64,000 nt of DNA, taken from positions 118,482,001 through 118,546,000 of the forward strand of contig OX597817.1 of the NCBI GenBank assembly GCA_951406725.2, in the 5' to 3' direction. The translations under genes were made by a program, and so were the position numbers. This document shows positions 41,253 through 53,684 of this stretch, one piece after another. The stretch's first letter is position 1. Each line of letters starts with the position of its first letter. Source of the stretch: Octopus vulgaris. Its lineage: Eukaryota. The notes under the pieces are model-generated. The model was given only the letters and a program-made list of their open reading frames with translations, was not told where the DNA came from and ran no database searches.

Positions 41253-41655
41253 AGCGCAGGAGTGGCTGTGTGGTGTGACGTTTGCCTCGGATTCAGTCAG
41301 ATTGCGTAGCACCTTGGGGTAAGTGTATTCTACTATAGCTTCAGACCGTCCAAAGCCTTGCTAATGGATTTGGTAGATGGAAGCGGAAAGACGCCCGTCC
41401 TATAGGTATATGTATATGTGTGTGTTTATGTACCTATGCTTGTGTCTTTCTGTCTGCGCTTGTCCCCCACAACCGGTTGACAACTGATGTTGGTGTGTTT
41501 AAGTCCCACGTCACTTAGCGATTCGGCAAAAGATCGACAAGATAGGCACCAAGCTTAAAAGAGAATGTTCGATTCATTCGAGTGAAATTCTGCAAGTCAC
41601 AGCCCCAGCATGACCGTACTCACATGACAAACTAGTATAAGATAAAATAAAAGAT
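41253..41655 (+). mobile_element. tRNA-derived SINE family A, diverged
   Basis: gcgcaggagtggctgtgtgg head, ggatttggtagatggaa, ttcggcaaaaga, ccagcatgacc tail. Confidence 0.8.
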
Positions 41656-41739
41656 ATGGTCGAGTAGATGCCTGGGTAGGTGCGTCCCTATGTCATTTCA
41701 GCATCGTTTTCATTTGTCCATGTCTCTCTTACTTCACTT

Positions 41740-41958
41740 CAGTTCTCCTTCCTGTTCTTCTTCGTTATTACCTACTTTCCATCACTCCCACCGACACCTT
41801 CAGCTCTTCACCAGCAATGTAACTACAGATATCCGCTTGATGATTTTATTCTTTCTTTAGATTTATCCCTTTTCCATTCCGACGAAGTGCTATGCTCAAA
41901 GCGTCAAAAACTTTCTGTTCTTACGAGCGTCAAATTAATACATTTCATGTGCACGTCT
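41740..41958 (+). mobile_element. Probable Penelope-like 3' end with decayed HHR
   Basis: Pyrimidine-rich tract, then CCGACGA-A-GTGC-tat-GCTC-AAAG-CGTC (41879-41905), ending at (TA)n. Confidence 0.45.
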
Positions 41959-41972
41959 TATATATATATCTG

Positions 41973-42009
<37 letters not shown>

Positions 42010-42020
42010 ATATATATATA

Positions 42021-42112
<92 letters not shown>

Positions 42113-42156
42113 CATATATATATGTATATATATATATATATATTATATATATCTGT

Positions 42157-42197
<41 letters not shown>

Positions 42198-42261
42198 CAT
42201 ACATGCACACAAATATTATATATATGTTATAAATATATTTATACTTTATATATATATTTTT

Positions 42262-42462
42262 TTTAAACGGAGTCTGGACAGATTTCTTCAAGGAATACAG
42301 GATAAGCCACCCATACCAGGATACAACAACTCACTACCTGAATGCACCATAAACAAAACTTGACTTAAACAGGATTTAGATAATCCTCTCAGGTGGTGTT
42401 ATTAAGTTATACATGGCTTGGACCAATCTTTGGTCGAAACATATCTAAGTTTATCTAAGTTT
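42262..42462 (+). mobile_element. CR1-type LINE 3' end, copy 2
   Basis: [22 protein letters not shown] and ATCTAAGTTT tail; close match to 24668-24899. Confidence 0.85.
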
Positions 42463-43610
42463 ATATATATATTGTGTATGTATGTGTGCGTGCGCGTAAA
42501 TAGCCTTGTAAAAATTACCTGGAACAGTTACAATAATTGCAAAAAGATGTTTTAGAAAGTAATTGAATATGAAATAGTAAATTTTATTTAAGAGAAACTC
42601 ACTAACCTTTGTGGAAGAAGTTTGTATAGTATTTTATAGTATTTATGCCTTGTGTGTATTTTGTGTGTAATCGATTTCCTTTTTTCAATAAATATGTGAG
42701 TGTGTGTGTGTGTGCGTGTTTATATAATGCTAATGTCAACACTACCTGCAACCAATGAAGGCAAGGAGAAATTAGTAGAGTTACGGCTGCCGTAAGTCAA
42801 GAAAGGAACAGGTGAAAACAATATTTCGTCAAAAAGGCTTTCAGTTCGTTGCATGACGCCGCTTTCGAAATTTGGAATTAAGTGCGCGTTAAGTAGAGTG
42901 GGAGAATGCAAAAGACATCCCGAAATAGACGCGTATCCTCTCAAACTGTAAAGTTTGCTTCCTTGCGGGCAAGGAAAATGAAGAGCAGGACGACGATGAT
43001 TTGTTATAGCCAGCAGTAACCGTTGACGTTGATGCCTAGGCAGGCTTATTAACGAGACGGAGCAACTTCGCAAACTAGTTCCTTTTTGTGGCGAAGGAGT
43101 AACGACACAATTACTTGGAAGCAGTATTCTCACTAGGAAAACAACGTGGATCGATTTCTTATACCTGCAACATCATGGTAGGTCATACATGAAATCAGCA
43201 AATGATAGTCCGTCAACCGCATTTGTGGCGTTAGAACATGTGGTCGGTTGCTAAGCTGATTGTGTCCACAGAAAATGCAAACTCCATAGATCAATTATAT
43301 TTTCTATGGCTGTTTGACACTATTAGAAGTGGAAAACCTGATTTAGTTTATCTAAATCACAAACATATCCGTCAGGCATCTGAAGACGAAACCTCCGCGA
43401 CTGTGCCACATATTCCGTTCTCAGGTTAATATTTCTGCTTCTTGTTACTGCTCTATTGAATCAATTTTGGTTACTTTTCGTTTATTTAGTTATTAGATGG
43501 GGGTCTGTTATAGTGTTTTCAATTTCGATATTAGTTATTTTTAGTCTTTGAGCTATAGTAAATATTGTTAGTTCCTATTCGATGAAGCATATGACTTAAT
43601 AGAACATATA

Positions 43611-43979
43611 CTCTTTTACTCTTTTGTTTCAGTCATTTGACTGTGGCCATACTGGAGCACCGCCTTTAGTCGAGCAAATCAACCACAGGACTTATTCTTT
43701 GTAAGCCTAGTACTTAATCTATCGGTCTCTTTTGCCGAGCCGCTAAGTAATGGGGACTTAAGCACACCAGCATCGTTTGTCAAGCGATGCTGGGTGGACA
43801 ATATATACATATATACGAGGGGCTTCTTTCAGTTTCCGTCTACCAAATCCACTCACAAGGCTTTGGTCGGCCCGAGGCTATAGTAGAAGACACTTGCCCA
43901 AGGTTCCACGCAGTGAGACTGAACCCGGAACCATATGGTTGGTAAGCAAACTACTTACCACACAGTCACTCCTACGCCT
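43611..43979 (-). mobile_element. tRNA-derived SINE family A
   Basis: Reverse complement of the family A consensus from head to tail. Confidence 0.88.
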
Positions 43980-45071
43980 ATATTCATGTATATGTAAAGA
44001 ATGCAAGACTCATAAATAACGTTTAGTTACATCACTTATAGCGACATACAGGTTTGTCTGACAGGCCAGTAAATCAGTTGCAGAGAAGAAATGTTACCAT
44101 TTATTCAGTTAATCCCGATACACAACTTTCGAAGAAACATAGGATTGAACCTTTATCAAAAAATCGTCATGGTAAACAACATTATTCTACTCACTAGTAT
44201 CTACGTAAAATATTATATAAGACTGCATGATCGCTTGGAAATATGATAATTACAATAGCTGTAAGTATTCCTTATAGCTGTAGTGATATACAATCTTTCC
44301 GAATCTCTTGCATTACATAATTTACACATTTATGATTACTGAATATTCTCTTCCATATATTAGTCGCTCTAACCCCCATCGATTACCTTTCTTCCTTCCT
44401 CCTTTCTTACCCTTGTCATCTTCATTGTTTTCACAATAACGTATATTTTCTAAAGCAAAAATGTCAATTATAATTAATTTATTCCACACATGGTTTTGTT
44501 TGCCACTCGATTATTCCTTTCAAATATAACTGCTCATGAGAAAACACAGGATACATAACGATGATATCAAGATATCCATTTCACTTTACATTTAAGTTTT
44601 ATTTTATGCATCCATTTTGAACAGTAGGTAAATCATATTCAAAAATATCACACTCATGGAACGTTTTAATATCTCTAAATTTCTAATGATATTCGGCTTA
44701 TGTAATCCATAAAACTGTAGGATAAAATAACGAAAAGCAAATCAAAGTAAAATCATATCATATAATCCTATTATAATATATAACTGACAACTGTGGAAAT
44801 ATATAGCTTTGCAATTTTCCCTATCACTGTCGATTTTGTTTGTTTACAGTTTCGGTCAAAAATTCTCCGATACTCATTTAAAAACAAAAGTTTCTATCTA
44901 TGACAGATGTATGAACATGACATGAAATCGGAACTTTTTTACGATGTGTCGGATAAAAATAATAAAATACATAACAAAACACTAGACAAAAACTAAATAT
45001 TGAAAGATTGAGTGTTTCTGTATCAACTTTTCCTCATTCAATATTTGTGCATTATATACATATGCATATAC

Positions 45072-45111
<40 letters not shown>

Positions 45112-45148
45112 ACACACACACACACTACATATATAACATATATAAATG

Positions 45149-45199
<51 letters not shown>

Positions 45200-45317
45200 T
45201 CAATACATACGCACATATAATTGCATAGCTATACATATACGTATATATATATACATATATATATATACATACGTATATATATAAATACACACACATATAT
45301 ATATATATATATATAGC

Positions 45318-45377
<60 letters not shown>

Positions 45378-45789
45378 CATACATAAACATATATATAAGT
45401 ATATGTAAACATACATACATAAACATATATATGTATGTGTATCATAGAGAAAGAGAGAGAGAGGGGAGAGAGAGGGAGAGAGAGAAGAAGAGAGACGTCT
45501 GTGTACATATATTTATGTATATGTTAAACAAATGAACCTAGCAGAATTTGTAAAACTCTATGATAACTGATATTGATCATGCACATTTTGTATAAATCAC
45601 AGATTAACATGTTTGATTCAGACTTACAAGGTATTTAGCAAGGCCTGATACATCTGAAGTTATCGCAAACGTAAATCGCATGATTTATTCACAAATACTT
45701 TTCTTGGGAAGTTGATGTAGCTAACTCAGATGATTACAGCATTTCAGTAATAATCACATCAATGTACTTGCAAGGTATACATAGCCCAA

Positions 45790-47837
45790 ATATTGGTTTC
45801 AAATTCTGACAAAAGGCCAGCAATTTTACGGGAGAGAATAAGTTGATTACATCAACCATAGTATTCGACTGGCCCCGAATGGGTGAAAGGTAAAGTAGAC
45901 CTCGGAAAAATTTGAACTTAGTACCTAAAGATGGGCGAAATACCTCTAAGCATTTTTCCCGACGTGGTAACGATTCTTCCGGCTCCCCGCTTTACATAGC
46001 TCAAATAATAAAGCCTGTTGAGCATCAAATAATAACACCTGTTGAACTTAAAGAATACAGTCAAAATCTCTACCTAATGGAATCTGAAATAAGTGCGTAA
46101 AGCGAAATAGTCAAATTATCATTATTTTTTATTTAAACATGTTGTTGTGAGTTCAAATGCCGCTGAGAGCATTGTCTTTGGACCTTCCTGGGTCGTCAAA
46201 ATAAATTGCTAGTCAAATACTGAGGCTGATATAATACTGATTCTTTATTAAAACGGATTAAGTCGATTACATCGACCCCAGTGCGTAACTGGTACTTGAT
46301 TTATCGACCCCGAAAGGATGAAAGGCAAAGTCGACCGCGTCGGAATTTGAACTTAGAACGTAACGTCAGACGAAATACAGCAACGCATTTCGCCCGGCGT
46401 GCTAACGTTTCTGCCAGCTCGCCGCCTTAGAGGCTGATATAATACATCGCTCGCTTTTATTCAACTTTCAGGCTAATATTTGATACATAATTATTATTGT
46501 CAGTATTTTTGCTGTAATTGTTCTCTTTCCTTCTCTTCCTTTTCTTATTAATACTACGCAGTGAGCTGGAGAATAGTTCTCATTCTCGCTTCATACACGG
46601 AGTTCAAATGCCGCCAAGATTAACGTTGCTTCTCATCTTTTCAAAGTCGATAAAATAAGTACCAGTCAAGTATTGAGCTCGATGTAATCTACTAGATGTC
46701 GCCCCCACACACACACACAAAACTTTCCGCTTTCTGTCTATAGCAGAAAGAGTTTAATGTTACGGTTAGTATTTTGGTTGTCATTGTTCTTCCTTTTCTT
46801 CTTCGTCTACTTATTATTATCAATATTACTCTAACGCAGTGAAGGCGCATGACTCAGTGGTTAGAGCATCGAGCTTGCAATCGTGAGGTTGTGAGCTCAA
46901 ATCCCAGACTGGGTTGCGTGTTGTGTTCTTGAGCAAGACACATTATTTCACGTTGCTCCAGTTCACTCAGCTGTAGAAATGATTTGCGACATCACTTGTG
47001 CCAAGCTGTATCGGCCTTTCCCTTGGATAACACTGGGAGAGGGGAGGCCGGTATGCATGGGCGACAACTGGTCTTCCATAAACAACCTTGGCCAGACTTG
47101 TGCCTGGGAGGGTAACTTTCTAGGTGCAATCCTTTGGTCAGTGACGTCACCGAAGGGAGTGTCAGACTCTAAAGCAGTGAGCTGGCAGAATCGTTACCGT
47201 GCCGGGCAAAATTCTTTGCAGTATTTCGTCCGTTTTTATGTTCTGTGTCCAAATCCTACCGAGGTAGACTTTGCCTTTCATCCTCTCGGAGTCGATAAAA
47301 TAAGTACAAGTTGAGCGCTGGAATCGTGGTAATCGACCATCCCGTTCACTCAAAATTGATGGACTTGAATAATTATTATCGCTAGGTCAGCGCGCAGAAT
47401 GGTTCGCATAGCGAACAAAATGCTTACAGGCATTTCGTCTGTCTATATGCTCGGAGTTCAAATTCTACCGACGTCGACTTTACTTTTTATCGTTTCGAGG
47501 TCGAAAAATAAGTAACCGTTGAACTCTAGGTACGAAGTAATCGACTAGACCCCTAGCATGAAAATTTCAGGCCTTGTTCCTATAGTAGAAAGGATTATTT
47601 CTGCAACTCCGGAATGAATGCATCCTGCAGCCTGGTTAGGTGAGGCTGTGATCTGATGCGGCGTATTTACACTTATTTATCTACAGTGCGAAATCCTCTT
47701 CATAACAATATACAATGAATGGCTTTCTTACGGGTTCGAGTATGCCTCAAGCAGATTTGAATTGGTATCAAGTTTTTATATTCTATTATCATTATTCATA
47801 CAGGTAGCAGCATTAACTGCAGCAGCAGCAGCAGAAT

Positions 47838-47896
<59 letters not shown>

Positions 47897-48430
47897 ATAG
47901 TAGTAGTAGTAGTTTAGTTATCTAATTATAAAAGTAAATTCTTTATAACAGTCCTCTGTATATTTCACGTATAAGTATTGCTTTACACGATCAAAGAAGC
48001 CCTTCTTGTTTTCTTTTCCCAACTTACTAAAATCTGTTGATTATGTTAAATTTTTTGTCTCGTTTCAACCTCCGAATCAAGCCACATCAGTCTCTTTTGA
48101 ATTCATATTTATATTTGAATTTACATTTACCACGCCAGACTAGTAATTCTTCAACGAACAAACACAACACAGAAATACTTTCAGATAGAAATATATTTCA
48201 GCTTCATTACATGATAACCGTTTACAAAGGGGAGTGTAATTGGTTTCAAATTAGGCACAAGGTCAGCAAACATCGACCCCAGTGTTTAACCGGTCCTTCT
48301 TTTATTGACCCCGAAAGTATGAAAAGTAAAGTCGACCTCGGCGTAATTTGAACTCAGAACGGTAAGAAGGACCAAATGCCGTTAAGCATTATGTCCGTCA
48401 TGCTGATGAATATGCCAGTTCGCCGCCTTA
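45790..48430. mobile_element. Cluster of family B SINE copies in both orientations
   Basis: Copies at ~45790-45993(-), 46254-46428(-), 46560-46755(+), 47172-47370(+), 47385-47598(+), 48240-48430(-). Confidence 0.8.
46841..47165 (+). mobile_element. tRNA-derived SINE family C (CORE-like)
   Basis: TGACTCAGTGGTTAGAGC A-box, GAGCTCAAATCCC B-box-like, 'gtgttcttgagcaagacac..ctcagctgtagaaatg' CORE-like domain. Confidence 0.8.
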
Positions 48431-48559
48431 CAAAGAAGAATAAAATTAAAATATTATTTCTGCTCATATAATTGGGGCATATTGAATCTCCAGCTTTCGC
48501 TTGGTATAGTTACTAAAACACCTTTTCGAAACTAGTGATCTACATACTACTTCCAAACG

Positions 48560-48885
48560 ATATATTCAGTGCTAACATTCTCCTATTCTACCAATATCAC
48601 TAATGCGTCTCAATCTACAATCTCTGCATAAAACACTTTGTTCAATCCTCAATTCCTGGGATTTTATTCTTCTATAATTCTCGATGTACACGTCTCTTCC
48701 TACAGTCACAAGATGTACATCATTTGCATCGACTTCAATAGTGTTTCAGACCACTCAGACGTAAAGAGCATCGCCCTTCTCTCTCTCACAAAGCAATTAA
48801 AACAAAAATATCATATCAGTAATAAATGCAATTATATCCAGTTCAGTTGCGATCGGTAATACTCTATACTGTGTACTTACATTAA
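48560..48885 (+). pseudogene. Decayed APE-type endonuclease fragment of a CR1/L2-like LINE
   Basis: IICIDFN (cf. IICGDFN) at ~48719 and GNTLYCVLT (cf. GNTLDLVLT) at ~48855. Confidence 0.4.
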
Positions 48886-50389
48886 GTGCCAAAACGATTA
48901 ATTGGTAACATTAAGTGTATGAAATTAAACAGAATTCTTAGGAGTCAAATTTCCGAAAAAAAAACCATTAAAACTCTAGGACGATATTTATTACAGAGAG
49001 ATGAATCAATACTATATACGTCGAAATCAATACCGCATATAAAAGGTATTTAGAAATAGTCTTCAGATCAGACAGGAAAAATATATTGACTTTGAAATGG
49101 TTATTTAAAAGAAAAACAACGATCGGTTCTAGAAAATATAATCATTATGTGTTAGGTTAGCTAATGTGTGAATCATAAAAAAAATGGATAATTCCGGTGG
49201 GAAGGTATTATAAAAATGTTTTCGATTAACATGCTACATCATCTGGGGATTTCTATCGTATGAACATTTCCGCAGAAACACATAAGTGGATAATAGAAAA
49301 TATAGACAACTTGCTGCATAGAAACCAACAGAATAAGGAGAAAATACGAAGCACATACCAATAATCTATTGCTGAGTTTATAAAACTCTTATACAAGTAA
49401 TCATAAGAGAGTATTCGAGCACTTAGAGAGCTAATGTTTGACTGAAGAACCAGAAAGAAGAATATTTAATTTTTGGTTTATTGGAGCGGGTTCTAATAAA
49501 TAGACATTCCTAACTTCAGTGCAAGACTACATAATTTTAGATAATTGTATAGTCGATTAAATATAGCTCAGAATTTATGATCGACCTCGGAAACGAGAAG
49601 TGACGCAGCAAAATTCCGCAAGATTCTTTGACTGACCCGCTTCCGATTTTGATATTTCATCTTAATAGATATAATTGTTTGCTCGAAATTTCAGTACTAT
49701 TTAATTAGATTTGAAATCAATTATTTAAAGAAAATATAAAAATCAAAGCGTATTTTTTTTTTAAATTTGATTATGTAATTTACGAAACGTAAAATAAGCA
49801 CACACAGTTACACCATAAATGTGTAATCATGATCACAGAGCAGGTTATATCTAAAACATTGCTTTTTAGATTTTTTCACAGTCGTTTTTCTTCTTATGCC
49901 TCGAATATCATTAAGAATATCAATAAAGTCAACAGAGGAAGGTGGGAAGAACTGAATGAGTGAATTGCAATGAGTGATACGAAATGTATGAGAGTAGTGT
50001 GTACTTATTGTGCCATTAAATTTTCTCACGTAATAAAACGCAATGATTTTTTTAACAACATGGTCGCGCTGGTTGAAGAAAACAGAAACGACGAACAATA
50101 TGAGAGTGAGTGGCAGTCAGAGAAGTTAAATACAGGTGAACTGCACTAAGTCTTTGCCTGTAGTAGCTGCTTTTTCAATCAAAATGAGACTGTAAATTAT
50201 CATCGTAAATTACGTTTAATTTGTGAGGTATATTTGCCATCTCAATATGGCTAACTACTGAAGGGTGGGTGCTACTGTAGCTTGTAGCCCCAGGAGAACA
50301 TCTCCTCCAGTTGGCTTTAGGCACACTTTCTGTGCCCTAAGGTATTTGCAAAGGGAGGTCACCCTTTCCTCGTCAACCTAAGTGATACG

Positions 50390-50430
50390 CACGGACTGCA
50401 GTTTCTAGGTATTGACCTTTCATCAGCGTA
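50390..50430 (-). ncRNA. Minimal type I hammerhead ribozyme
   Basis: UACG-CUGAUGA-A-AGGU-caau-ACCU-A-GAAAC-ugca-GUC-CGUG; ACUGCAGU is palindromic; A.A at base of stem II. Confidence 0.75.
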
Positions 50431-50482
50431 CGACAATCATCGGTTTTTGATGAAAGGGGTCCCACGGCTACTGTTTTTTCAT

Positions 50483-50559
50483 ATAGCCTCGAGCTGACTA
50501 AAGCCTTGTGAGTGGATTTGGTAGACAGAAACTGAAAGAAGCCGGTCGTATATGTATAT

Positions 50560-50599
<40 letters not shown>

Positions 50600-50835
50600 G
50601 CGCGTGTGTGTGTGTGTGTTAGTACCTGTGTTTGTCCCCGCCACCATCGCTTGACAACTGATATTGTTGTGCTTAGGTCCCCGTAACTAAGTGGACCGGT
50701 AAAGTGACCTATTGAATAAGTATTAGTCTTACAAAGAATAAATCCTGAGGTCAATTTCTTCGACTAAAACTCTATAAGGCAATATTCCAGCATGGCCCCT
50801 GTCAAATGAATGAAACAAGTAAAAGGATAAGAGAA
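50483..50835 (+). mobile_element. SINE family A, 5'-truncated
   Basis: atagcctcgagctgactaaagccttgtgagtggatttggtagac..gtcaaatgaatgaaacaagtaaaag. Confidence 0.82.
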
Positions 50836-50879
50836 TATAACATGTTTAGACGATACATATGCCTACACGCATGTATATA

Positions 50880-51505
50880 TATGCGGGGGTACCCAAAAAA
50901 ACCCGGAATTTTGCAACGTTATTCTATTCACTTAGTTTTACATATTTACATTTCTATCGCCTTCAAAGTATTCTCCATTTGAAGCAACGTTTGGTACTGT
51001 TCGAAGCACTGCTGGAACTCTTACCAAGTGATGCCTTTTAACGACTCCGGCCTTTTTATTCTTCACCTCTTCCGCATCTGCAGATTCGGTAGCCCAGCTT
51101 TCATCACCAGTGATGACCTTTTAGCTGTTCTTTCAGTTCAAGACACGCATTCAGTCGTGACTGCTTTTGATCTTCCGTGAGCAAGCGAGGAACAAATTTT
51201 GCAGCAACTCTTTTCATTCGCAATTCTTCTCTCAAAATGCGTTGGCTGAAGATCCAGAACACACCAATCATATCAACAAGTTCGTCAATTGTTCAGTGTG
51301 GTCCTCCAAGATCAGTTCAGGAATTTTCAAGTTGTCGCCTTGAAAGAAATTGGTCTTCAAGCGACAAGTGACCATTACTAAAGCGTGTAAAACACTCGTA
51401 AATTTGTGTTTTGCTCATGGCAGCGTCCTCTTATGTTTCGTCCACCATTTTCCCCAACAGAAAACAGAATTCCACGGAAGCACACTGTTCATTCTTTACC
51501 CCACG
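50880..51505 (-). mobile_element. Mariner remnant with internal deletions
   Basis: TA|TGCGGGGGTACCCAAAAAAACCCGGAAT terminus; minus strand VAAKFVPRLLTEDQKQ and VITGDESWA motifs. Confidence 0.8.
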
Positions 51506-51626
51506 GAAATTTAACAAAAGGTGTTACTCGGAGTTTCACGTTCCCGTTCGTCGGACAGGTTTGTTAAACAACACTGTCCGACGAACGGGAACGTGAAACT
51601 CCGAGTAACAGCTTTTGTTAAATTTC
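51506..51626. repeat. Near-perfect palindrome: 53-bp arms, 1 mismatch, 15-bp spacer
   Basis: 51506-51558 is the reverse complement of 51574-51626 except 51521/51611. Confidence 0.95.
51574..51611 (+). ncRNA. Type I hammerhead variant (U4C core); mirror copy on minus strand at 51521-51558
   Basis: CUGU-CCGACGA-ACG-GGAA-CGU-GAA-ACU-ccg-AGU-A-ACAG: all three stems pair, GNRA loop 2, GUA triplet. Confidence 0.7.
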
Positions 51627-51643
51627 TGCTGCTTTTAAATAAA

Positions 51644-51699
<56 letters not shown>

Positions 51700-52690
51700 G
51701 AGCGTGTGTGTGAAACGATAAATGGAGTGGGCGTGAGTAAAAGACGAAGTATAAAAACTAAAGTGCATCATTGCAAGAGAAAGGTTTCTGAATGGCTAAT
51801 GTAGCATGTATTTTGATAAAAGATAAACCTACAAATTTTTTGACGTTAACTTTGTGAGATATATATATTTCCTAAAAAGAAAACAGAAAGTGAGAATTGA
51901 AACAAAATGGCAACGTAAATTTTCGCGAGCACACACACGCACACACACACACTTGCACATTCACAGACATGTAGGCTATATAATATGCGCTAATGTCAAA
52001 TAACAATGTGACAGCGACAAAATGAAATTATTATAATAGCTGATAGTAATTTTTTTCTCTTATTTTCTGCTGCTTTTTGCCGAATTCATTTATTTATTTC
52101 ACTAAACTTGAAAATTGTTTTGTAAAAAAATTACAAGGTAAAATAGAACACTATAAGAGCTATCACTTTATTAAATGAATCGAGCTGACGACATCCAATG
52201 CAATATCAAAACTCGTTAAGGTCGTTTTAGAAAAAAATTAGTTTCGAATGGACGTCAGAAAATAGTTTCATATTTAATTTTTATATTTAATTTAATATAA
52301 GAAATATATGTATGAATGTATGTAGGTCGGTAGCTAGGTTAAGTGGTGGCTAATATTTTCAATAAAGATGTTGCAACCAAATATGATAGTTCAAATGCCG
52401 TGCATGATTTCTCTCATTTTTCTAATGAAATATTCTATCATTAATAAAATTGTCGGCACGTTTGACGACACGTCTATGCTTGTATTACTATATAACATTA
52501 AAGAAAAAAATATTATATAACAGAAAAATCCACTTCAAGAGTAGCGACCAACATACTAATCAACGCCCAATTTTAAATTACCAACAACCAAAAATCGAAA
52601 TTCAGTGCGATCGCTTGAACGGCTACAAAAGATAATAAAATCCAGCTTCGAATTAGACGCATGTCTTTACAAAATACTCGATGGATAAGG

Positions 52691-53470
52691 TACGAAGTGT
52701 ATTCCAGAGGTTTTGAGGTTTTTTCAGAGGACATTTATTAATTTCAAAGCCGTACAAAATTCTAATATTCTTCAGAGTGTGATCCGCTTACTGCAATCCA
52801 CTTTTCGTAGCGCTCTACCTGCTCCGTGAAGGACCCCAAAGGCACGGAATCCAGAACACTTTTCACATCCTTCTTCATCTTAATGTCTTGAAAATAGCTG
52901 CCCCTGTGGCTGTTTTTCAGTTCGGAAAAAATCTATAGGTTACAGGGGGCAAGGTCTGGATTATATTGAGTGTGTGGAACAGTTCTGATACCCATGTCAA
53001 GTAGTAGGTTATCAGTAATTAATTGTGAAATGGTGCATTGTCCTTATGCAAGTGTTATCGACTCGAGTGGAAATGGTCTGACACTTTGCGACGAAATCGC
53101 TTCCTGGATTCCCTCAGTACCTCCAGAAAGTACTTACTTTTCGTTGACGGTCTGACCAGATGGAACACAATGGATGTAGATGATGCGCTTGTTGTCGAAA
53201 AAGGGAACGATCATGAGCTTCCACGTGGACTTGCTTTGTCTGGCTTTCTTGGGTCTGGGGAGCCAAGATGCTTCTTTTAGGCACTGTCTCTTGGTCTTTG
53301 AATCACAAGATCCAGCATTTGTCACAGGTCAGCAGAGACTCAAGGAATCTAGAATTGGAGCTAAGGCGTGTAAATATCTACCTGTTATCATCAACGCATT
53401 TTCCTTCTTTTCTTTACTGGCACCCTGTGAACAAACATTGCACAAATTTTGAGCATGCTCAGAAAATGTA
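52691..53470 (-). mobile_element. Mariner remnant (3' two-thirds)
   Basis: Minus strand DSKTKRQ..PRPKKARQSKSTWKLMIVPFFD..VPSGQTVNEK, PHTQYNPDLAPCNL; terminus near TA|CGAAGTG. Confidence 0.82.
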
Positions 53471-53641
53471 AAACGTCTCACCATTCTATAGCAAAACCAA
53501 CTTTTGATATCGTGGCATCTGAAGCAGCTGGAGATACGATAGTTTGACCAAAAAAACCGGCTATTGCAAACAAAGGTAAATATTGAAAAAAACGCACTTG
53601 GCTAAATTTGGACGTACGACAGTTTAGTATCACTATAGCAG

Positions 53642-53684
<43 letters not shown>

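Noticed and set aside
43375-43407. GGCAT-CTGAAGA-C-GAAA..GTGCC
   Set aside because: No stem II and no UH triplet in register; likely chance
46841-46915. tRNA gene
   Set aside because: No acceptor stem; continues into a SINE body, so it is a SINE head
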